From Naegleria gruberi (taxonomy: Eukaryota): DNA of 64,000 bases. The notes below the pieces were generated by a model that made no database searches, was not told the DNA's origin, and worked only from the letters and a program-made list of their open reading frames with translations. Where the stretch lies: NCBI GenBank assembly GCA_000004985.1, contig GG738894.1; one strand, given 5' to 3'. The translations under genes and the position numbers were made by a program. Position 1 is the first letter of the stretch; each line of letters opens with the position of its first letter. This document shows, piece after piece, positions 53,466 through 61,051 of the stretch.

Positions 53466-56400
53466 ATGGCAGTTATGAAAGATTTTGTAGTAAAATATTC
53501 GGAAAAGGATTACGGTTCATTGAGTGAACCTCCTTCATCACCAATTGAGGAGGAGGCTTCATCCGCATTGACATATACTGAATACTTTCAAAATTCATCA
53601 GAGGATGAGAGAAATTTGGTTTTAAACTTGTGCGAGCTTTTTAATGAAATTGATTTTACTGGAGAGAAGTATATAACTTGGGATGATTTCATGTCATACT
53701 TGTTGGATGCTGTTTCGGATCAATCATCTAAGGAAGATCAAATCAAAGAATATGGCCTCTCGTTTACATCTCCTGGAAGTGATATCGATGATGCAATCAA
53801 AAAGATTTGTTATTTTGATAACTGGGACAAGATAGTGACATGTGGAAAAACTAAAAGATGTAGAATTTATGAGGCAAAAGATATGTCTGTTGTTGCATCT
53901 CTTCCAGACCATGATGGTGCAATTTTAGATGCAGAATATTTACCAAATCCTTATAATTTATTAGTGACAAGTTCTGCAGATCTGAGTGTTCGTTTTTGGA
54001 ATACATCAAGGCTAGAGTTTGATTTGGAATATTTGGAACAGCAAGATGTTACTCAAACAGCCATTAAATTTTATCCAAGGAATAATATTCTATTCACAGC
54101 ATCAAGAACTGGTGATCTAACATACTGGGTTCATGGTATTCCTCCAAATGACTATAGAAAAAAAGCTCATCTAGACAAAATTACAACAATAGGTGTAACT
54201 CCAAAGTATCAAAAGCAACAAAATAAGGATAGTTCAAGGGAGGTTTTCTATCAAAGCAGGAGGATACCAAATCTCCATCAAGATGTCATTACAGATATGA
54301 TAGCCCTTCCAATGGATAATAGAGTAGTGACAAGCTCTCTAGATTCTACAATCAAAATTTTTGATGTGGAAAAGGAGGTGAAAGTGAAAGAGTTTTTAGG
54401 CCACAACAAGGGTGTTGTTTCCATAGCATGGACTAACGAATACCATTTCTTAATTAGTGCTGGGTCTGAAAGAGAGCCTCTTGTATGGATTGCCAATGTG
54501 GAAAATAGATCACCATTCAGATTGAGAGATCAAAGAAGCCCTCACCAACACTCTTTGATTGGTGTTTATGCAGTTCCTAATACTCCTCAAATTATTAGTG
54601 CTGACCATAGAGGTTTAATCAAGATTTGGGATATCAGAACTCACAGATGCTGTCAAACAATTTACACAGAGCAAAATCTTCCCAAAACCGATTTCCATAA
54701 CTTTTACCTGAATTCTTTTGCCTACATGAACCAGAGAAAGCAGATTGTCACTGCTAGTAGAACAATCAAATTATATGAATATGAAAGAACTGAGAAACCA
54801 AAGGGTGCCGATGATTATCCACTTATTTTAGCACTTTATAATCCATCAAATCTCCATTTTATGTCATGTTCCAGAAAAGGAGTCAAGCTGTGGGATGCTC
54901 TTAGTGGAGCTTGTTCTAAAAATTTCAGAAATATTTCAACAACAGATATTACAGCAGCATGCATTGATGACAGAGGAAGAAAGTTTATTGTTGGAAATCA
55001 TTCAGGAGAAATTATTTGTTATAATTTCTCTAATGCCAGTCTCGTTAAACAAATGAGTATTTTCCAAAGCGAAATCACAAGTCTTACATACTGTGACGAT
55101 GGATCGAAATGCATTGTTGTTGGTTCAGCTGATGGAAATGTAGCTATAGTTTTGGATAAGACTAATTATGAAGTTAAGGAACTCAAATTTGCCCACAAGA
55201 CAGAAGTAAAATGCTCCTCCTTCTCAAGAACCTATGCTATAACAGTAACAGGAGACGCTTCATCTTATTGCTTCCTTTGGGATATGAAAAATTATTCCAA
55301 ATTGGCAGAAATCAAAGGTCAAGGTGGTGAAATTACAGCTCTTTGTTTTATGGGTGTTTTACCTGCTTTTATTGCTGCTGAGAATACTGGACGACTCATA
55401 ATGTATACAACCAGACCATTCCATACACCAAACATCCCTATTGTACAGTGGTTCAACGAATCTAAAACCGAAACAAGACAAGACTCTTCACAAAGCGATA
55501 ACAGATCATTTATTACTGAAACACCAGCAACAACCTCTACCCCATTTTCTAATTTATTCTACCCTTCCATTGTTTTAAATGATGACACATCTAGCTTGAA
55601 ATCAGGTAACACAATTCCAGTTGAACCAAACAGAAACCAACTCTATCATATTGTCACTGCTCTTGAGTATGATTTTACATGTAACAGATTAATTACAGGA
55701 GACGAGAAAGGTTTTATTTGTGTATATGATATGGAGAATATTGTTGAGGAAGCTCAGATTAGATTATCTTCAAGAATGTCTCTAGGTCCAAAGATTCCAC
55801 TTTCTGAGATTTCAAAATTGAGACCAGAAAAAATCGCTAGATTTAAGGCCCACACGGATGCCATTTCAAAGATTCAAATTATCAGAGAACCATATAGTAT
55901 TCTAACTTCTTCATTGGATTCTTGTTCTGCCATTTGGACATTTAATGGAGAGTTAATGGACTCTTTAAGACAAGAAACTAAGGAGTGGAATGACGTCGAG
56001 TTTGAAAAGATTATGAACGATCCAACAATTGTAAATCCAAAACCATTCAATTTCCCTATTAACCTTGAAGAAAGAAGAAAAGAAGATGCTCTTACTGTCT
56101 CTGGAGTGATTGAGAAAATTACAAAACAATTGAGATTAATCGGTATTTGGAAATCTACGACTAGAGAAAGCAATTCATCCAAGAAGGATGTTATATCCAT
56201 TCTTAACACATTTGAAAAGTCATCTTCTTCAGCCATGTTTATGCGAAGAGGCTCTAGATCTAGTCCTCTAACCAGTCCATCTGTTACCTCTTTCCAATTC
56301 GACACCAAGAAGGTAGAAGATCAGACACCTCCTCCTGAGGGTGTTTTCAATAGAATCTCTCGGTCTCAATCACCAATAAGAACGCCATCACCTTCTCTTC

Positions 56401-56579
56401 TTTCCACAATGCCAAACGGATCCTTCTTGAAACGAAAGTTCAGTACCAATTCACTATCCACCAAGTCAGATTCTGATTCCACCCACAATACAGTTCTAGT
56501 TGAAAGAAGAGCTACTACTACAGTAACTAAAAGCAGAAAAAAGCCAATGTTGGCCCTTGTAACACCTGTTAAAAAGTAA
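53466..56579 (+). CDS. WD40-repeat protein of 1037 aa with a Ser/Thr/Pro-rich C-terminal tail.
   Basis: The ORF is 3.1 kb long. Multiple WD-like blades have D/H...W[DN] endings, for example LVTSSADLSVRFWN, VVTSSLDSTIKIFDV, IISADHRGLIKIWDI and LTSSLDSCSAIWTF. The tail is rich in SP/TP. Confidence 0.75.
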   Translation: MAVMKDFVVKYSEKDYGSLSEPPSSPIEEEASSALTYTEYFQNSSEDERNLVLNLCELFNEIDFTGEKYITWDDFMSYLLDAVSDQSSKEDQIKEYGLSFTSPGSDIDDAIKKICYFDNWDKIVTCGKTKRCRIYEAKDMSVVASLPDHDGAILDAEYLPNPYNLLVTSSADLSVRFWNTSRLEFDLEYLEQQDVTQTAIKFYPRNNILFTASRTGDLTYWVHGIPPNDYRKKAHLDKITTIGVTPKYQKQQNKDSSREVFYQSRRIPNLHQDVITDMIALPMDNRVVTSSLDSTIKIFDVEKEVKVKEFLGHNKGVVSIAWTNEYHFLISAGSEREPLVWIANVENRSPFRLRDQRSPHQHSLIGVYAVPNTPQIISADHRGLIKIWDIRTHRCCQTIYTEQNLPKTDFHNFYLNSFAYMNQRKQIVTASRTIKLYEYERTEKPKGADDYPLILALYNPSNLHFMSCSRKGVKLWDALSGACSKNFRNISTTDITAACIDDRGRKFIVGNHSGEIICYNFSNASLVKQMSIFQSEITSLTYCDDGSKCIVVGSADGNVAIVLDKTNYEVKELKFAHKTEVKCSSFSRTYAITVTGDASSYCFLWDMKNYSKLAEIKGQGGEITALCFMGVLPAFIAAENTGRLIMYTTRPFHTPNIPIVQWFNESKTETRQDSSQSDNRSFITETPATTSTPFSNLFYPSIVLNDDTSSLKSGNTIPVEPNRNQLYHIVTALEYDFTCNRLITGDEKGFICVYDMENIVEEAQIRLSSRMSLGPKIPLSEISKLRPEKIARFKAHTDAISKIQIIREPYSILTSSLDSCSAIWTFNGELMDSLRQETKEWNDVEFEKIMNDPTIVNPKPFNFPINLEERRKEDALTVSGVIEKITKQLRLIGIWKSTTRESNSSKKDVISILNTFEKSSSSAMFMRRGSRSSPLTSPSVTSFQFDTKKVEDQTPPPEGVFNRISRSQSPIRTPSPSLLSTMPNGSFLKRKFSTNSLSTKSDSDSTHNTVLVERRATTTVTKSRKKPMLALVTPVKK

Positions 56580-56776
56580 ATGCTACAATATTTTAAATAA
56601 TTATTACTGTTAATTGCATTTTTTATTTCTAAAATTCAAAAGTGGCAAATAATTAAAATTTCTGTTTTGGATCAAAGGTCTAAAAATGGTCTCATTGGAA
56701 GAAAACAAAAAAACACTTTTCTAAACTCTTTGTCATCAACAACATTGAAAAAAATCCCTCACAAACCAAACATACA

Positions 56777-57372
56777 ATGCCAATCCCACAAACTTGTGCC
56801 GAACTCAAAGCTTCTACAAGCCACTCAAAGCTCGTTGTTGTTACACCAGAAACAACATTGGATAAGTGTTGTAAGTATATTTAATATTGATGATGATAAT
56901 TAAAATCTTCAAGTGATGGCTATGGTCGAAAATGATGTAAGTGTTTCGGAAGTAATTGTTCAAATATATGATGATCATTAAATAGGTTAGACATTTGGTA
57001 GTAGTTTCAAGCGAAGATAATGGAAAGATTGTTGGTCTCATTTCTGAAAGGTAAATATCTAATAATATTTAATATTGATTGATCATTGTATGCAGAGATA
57101 TTCGTCTTGCTATCGGATCACCATTGATCCACAAGGATATGGATATTAAGAAGGAAATTGATGAATTTTCTAAACAAGTTGCCAGCTCAATCATGACAAA
57201 GAATGTTTTCACTGTTAAGGAAAATGATTCTATTCTTGAAGCTGCCAAGATTATGAGAGTTTCTAGAATTGGTTGTTTGCCAATTGTCAATGATGCTGAT
57301 TCTATTGTTGGAGTCATTACTAGATCTGATATGTTGGATCAACTTATTCGTGTTTTGGAACCTAAGGAATAA
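56777..57372 (+). CDS. CBS-pair domain protein of about 150 aa encoded by 4 exons at 56777..56870, 56914..56936, 56987..57050 and 57096..57372.
   Basis: All three donors are GTAAGT or GTAAAT and all acceptors are AG. The joined frame reads MPIPQTCAELKASTSHSKLVVVTPETTLDKC-LMAMVEND-VRHLVVVSSEDNGKIVGLISER-DIRLAIG...IMTKNVFTVKENDSILEAAKIMRVSRIGCLPIVNDADSIVGVITRSDML, which gives two CBS motifs. Exon 2 is only 23 nt long. Confidence 0.7.
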
Positions 57373-57550
57373 ATGTATATAAATTGTATAAAGATAGTTG
57401 TAGATTAGATTCGGAAAAGAGGCAACAGAATTTAATTGAGTTAAAATGGATTACTTTCAATTAAAGACAATTGCTAAATACGCTCTGTTGAGTTGTTAAA
57501 TAAAATCCTAAGTTTAATTTGCCAAATGGAAAACTTCAAACAAAAACAAA

Positions 57551-57883
57551 ATGGTCGACAAGAAAGATAGTAGCATTCCAGAGTTTCTCTTAGATAATCC
57601 TTCCTCAAACAAGGTAATGAATCAAAACGAGCAGGCCAAGTTGACTGTCCTGGTAAAGGACCCACTTGCTGCAGAAGTATCACAGGAAGGGTCCTTAAAA
57701 GAAAGAGAGGTTGGCATGCTTGAGAAAGGCATTCATGAAGTGAAGAAGGTGTTTTCAAGTGAACCTTATTCGAAAGAAATTAAAACATCGAAAGAAGAAA
57801 CTCAAGAAGAACCACAAGAATCTAAAGGATTTATTGGAAAGACACTCGAACTGTTAGGTGTTGGAAAGAGTGAAGATAAATAA
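57551..57883 (+). CDS. Small hydrophilic hypothetical protein of 110 aa.
   Basis: The ATG is in the context caaaATGg and the ORF is clean and E/K-rich. No homology was recognised. Confidence 0.3.
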   Translation: MVDKKDSSIPEFLLDNPSSNKVMNQNEQAKLTVLVKDPLAAEVSQEGSLKEREVGMLEKGIHEVKKVFSSEPYSKEIKTSKEETQEEPQESKGFIGKTLELLGVGKSEDK

Positions 57884-57896
57884 ATTATTGGTTTGA

Positions 57897-59006
57897 TTAT
57901 TCACATGATGTTTCATCCTCTGGATTGTAAGAGAATTCTTTTGCAAATGATTTAGCAGATTTGTAATTCACATGTTCACTTGTTTTATCTTTCCCCCAAT
58001 AGATTTTATCTTTAAAGGTATTGTTATGCAACTGATATTCCAATAAATACTTACTGCATCCAGAACATCTAAAGAAATTATTGTAAGTTTTGTAAACACT
58101 TGGGAAAACTTCATCCTTAATTGATTCCTTGTCAATACTAACAATATGGTGATTACATTGAATGCATATTGTAAATATTCGATCCTCCTCAAATTCAATC
58201 TTGAAGAATTTCACAGTTTCATTGATCATTTCTTTAGAACTTCTACTCTTTACAAAATAGTAAATATAGTCGAATTCTTCAGTAGTTTCTTCTTCCTCTT
58301 CATCTTCCTCTTCACTGCTATATTCCTCAAATTCCTCGAAATCTTCTCTATTAAATTCCAATCCTTGTTCCTTGTAAATCAATTCCAATTCTTTCATTTC
58401 TCTTTCATGATCTTCAGAAACAACTGTCTCTTTCGTTGAAGGTTTTCGATTCTTTTTCATCTCCTTCTTCTTTTGATTTCTCAAATCCATAGCTTTTCGT
58501 TGGTAACCAAGTTGATTAATTAGAGTTCTATTCTTTGTCAAAATAATCCTATTCTGAGTTCTGGCAATGTACAACATGTAATTAGTAGTCATGGATGAAT
58601 CATAAAAACAGTTTCCTCCCAACATTCTAATATGTTTGGCCAATCTTCCCAAAGTTGCATCACAAACAAAAGCCAAATCAATTCCTTTCTTTTGTAAAAC
58701 ACGATCAGGAACATAATACTCATCAAACTTGAGAGGTTTCTTCCTCTTTTTTGTTTTTGCTTCCTTTCCGATATTTTCCTTCTTCTTTTCGTCATCTATA
58801 TTTTCGGAATCATTCTCAACATCTATATTATCGTCATCATTATGATGAATATTATTACAATGGTCATCGTCATCATCATTAATACCACCATTAGATGAAT
58901 TGGTTATTGAATTCTCTAATACAACAACATCTTCCTCTTTCTGGTGATGAGCGTCGTTACTACTTGAAGAATTGGTGCTGGTTTGTGGTAATTGCACTTT
59001 CGACAT
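57897..59006 (-). CDS. Mut7-C (PIN-like RNase plus zinc-ribbon) domain protein with an acidic low-complexity N-terminus.
   Basis: KKGIDLAFVCDATLGRLAKHIRMLGGNCFY matches the Mut7-C N-terminal block (F.CD.MLG.LAR.LR.LG.D). The C-terminal CIQCNHHI...FFRCSGCSKY is a CxxC...CxxC zinc ribbon. Confidence 0.6.
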   Translation of the reverse strand: MSKVQLPQTSTNSSSSNDAHHQKEEDVVVLENSITNSSNGGINDDDDDHCNNIHHNDDDNIDVENDSENIDDEKKKENIGKEAKTKKRKKPLKFDEYYVPDRVLQKKGIDLAFVCDATLGRLAKHIRMLGGNCFYDSSMTTNYMLYIARTQNRIILTKNRTLINQLGYQRKAMDLRNQKKKEMKKNRKPSTKETVVSEDHEREMKELELIYKEQGLEFNREDFEEFEEYSSEEEDEEEEETTEEFDYIYYFVKSRSSKEMINETVKFFKIEFEEDRIFTICIQCNHHIVSIDKESIKDEVFPSVYKTYNNFFRCSGCSKYLLEYQLHNNTFKDKIYWGKDKTSEHVNYKSAKSFAKEFSYNPEDETSCE

Positions 59007-59266
59007 TTTTTTATTTTTGGATTTTGTTCGGTTTTTGGCGGAAGTGCAATTTTGAATTTACAATTGAGCTAGTTGAGTGATTTTGAATCATCTGAATTGT
59101 AAACAGCAGGATTTTCTTTAATTTGATTTATTTTCATTAATAAATATCTTGCATAACCTTATTGCCAAGATAACCATATCGGTCGGAGATTTTGGAATAA
59201 AAAAATTTTAATCTCTGATTGTTTAATGGAGAATTTGTTAATAAATAAATAGATAAATTTTAGTGT

Positions 59267-60967
59267 TTATTGTTGAAAATGAAGGGAAATATCAGTTAGG
59301 GAAAATAAGGTGTGTGAGGTAAATTTTGAAAGACCTGGTTGATCAGGAATAGTTTCATCTAGGAAGTGAACAAGATTGTTTCTAATTATTTGTGGCAGGT
59401 GTTTTCTTCTCATATCAGCACTGGTTAATTCAAAAAGTGGAATAAGGAACTTTGATTTTTCATTTTCAACTGTCATTAAAGGACCTCTCACATTACATTT
59501 ACCTTCCATCAAATGTTTAACAAACGCACCAGAAGATACAATCTTTGAATTCTTATGGTCTTTAAGGATTTGTTCTCCTGATTTCCAACTTTGAATATAA
59601 ACTTTAGTTTCGTTTGATTTGATAAGAATCTCATTTTTCACTAAGTTAATATACATTTGATTAATATTAGATCTGTAGTTTTGATGTACTGTTACAATAC
59701 TATCCTTATTATTTTCAATATATATGGATGCAAATTTGGATTTGGTTTCGAATAGAGATTTCTCTTCTCCATTTCGAGCAATGAACAATTTGAAAGGACT
59801 AGCTCCAAAACTATAGAGCATTATAAGACATTTCGAATGTTCATATTGGCCTTCATTGAAGCGAAGTAATTTTTCTGCTCCTTCGTTATTTTCAAAATAA
59901 GTTCTCATTTCGAAGGTTCTATTACTATCACCAGCCATAGCTCCATGAATTCTGATCATGTCAAAGTTAGTTTCGCGGTTAGTATTGGATTCATTTGATG
60001 CACAAATTATGTGATCAGTATTATGCTTTGAGATAGTCAAGGTTTGGTGTTCAATCTTGGAAGCTACATATATCTCATCATCCTTGTCTATTGTGTAGTA
60101 AACAACGAGATACTTGATAACTCCTGCCCAAGTATCTCCAAATGTGTTATTGGTTGCCTCTACTCTCAAGAACGTTCTTTCAGTATTCAGAAATTCTTTA
60201 ACTTTTTCAGTAACATCCTCAGGGCCATATGTAGCAGCCAAAATATTAATACCATCCTGTGGAACATATTTACAAACTTCCTTATTGACAGCCTCATGTC
60301 TCCGTTTTCTAACGATTGAACTTAATGGACTATTTGCTTCAAATACAATGGATGAATTCAATTCCTCAATGATATCAACCCTTAAGAGAGCATGTTCCTC
60401 ACAAACTTTAACTCTTGGTTCACTCCATTGACCACTCTGCAACTTGACTCTGTAGACCAAGGTAAAACTCTTGAAAACATTTGGCCATGGATCTCCAAAC
60501 ACTGAATTTGAGGCATGAACAGTTAGCTCATTTCCAGTCTGCTTATCAAAAATATCAGCAACTTTTTGAGTACATTCCAATAGCCCATAAACAGCCAACA
60601 CCACTTGTATTCCATGTTTTTTGCAAGTATGTGCGTTTAAACTCTTTGTAATCTTTCTTGTTGCAAAAGCTGAAAACTCCCCACTAAATATTTCATACCA
60701 TAATTCATTCCTTTCATCCTCGACAACCAATACCAAGGCCCTTTGTATGGTATTCAAATCATCAAAACATTCTACATTTTTAATATTCATCACCATATTA
60801 AATTCAGCCTTATTTTCCTGAAGGAATCGGAAGTATTGGGTAACATTGGTCTTACCATAGGAAGCTCCGATCACTGATTTACAGTCTTGCAATGAAGGAG
60901 ATGATGCGGCAGCAGCACTACCCTTACGAAATCGTTTCATTTTTTTTGTTCTTATTTGCAAGTTCAT
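59267..60967 (-). CDS. Hypothetical protein of 566 aa containing two copies of an FGD(P/T)W-motif module, possibly DUF3395-like.
   Basis: VVLAVYGLLECTQKVADIFDK...LTVHASNSVFGDPWPNVFKSFTLVYRV is paralleled by INILAATYGPEDVTEKVKEFLNTERTFLRVEATNNTFGDTWAGVIKYLVVYYTI. The ATG is at 60965-60967. Confidence 0.55.
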   Translation of the reverse strand: MNLQIRTKKMKRFRKGSAAAASSPSLQDCKSVIGASYGKTNVTQYFRFLQENKAEFNMVMNIKNVECFDDLNTIQRALVLVVEDERNELWYEIFSGEFSAFATRKITKSLNAHTCKKHGIQVVLAVYGLLECTQKVADIFDKQTGNELTVHASNSVFGDPWPNVFKSFTLVYRVKLQSGQWSEPRVKVCEEHALLRVDIIEELNSSIVFEANSPLSSIVRKRRHEAVNKEVCKYVPQDGINILAATYGPEDVTEKVKEFLNTERTFLRVEATNNTFGDTWAGVIKYLVVYYTIDKDDEIYVASKIEHQTLTISKHNTDHIICASNESNTNRETNFDMIRIHGAMAGDSNRTFEMRTYFENNEGAEKLLRFNEGQYEHSKCLIMLYSFGASPFKLFIARNGEEKSLFETKSKFASIYIENNKDSIVTVHQNYRSNINQMYINLVKNEILIKSNETKVYIQSWKSGEQILKDHKNSKIVSSGAFVKHLMEGKCNVRGPLMTVENEKSKFLIPLFELTSADMRRKHLPQIIRNNLVHFLDETIPDQPGLSKFTSHTLFSLTDISLHFQQ

Positions 60968-61051
60968 AAGTTCATCACTTTTATTCCATTGAATATTTAT
61001 TTCTGGATTTTAATATATTATAATTATTAAAATGATGTAATTTTTTATTTT

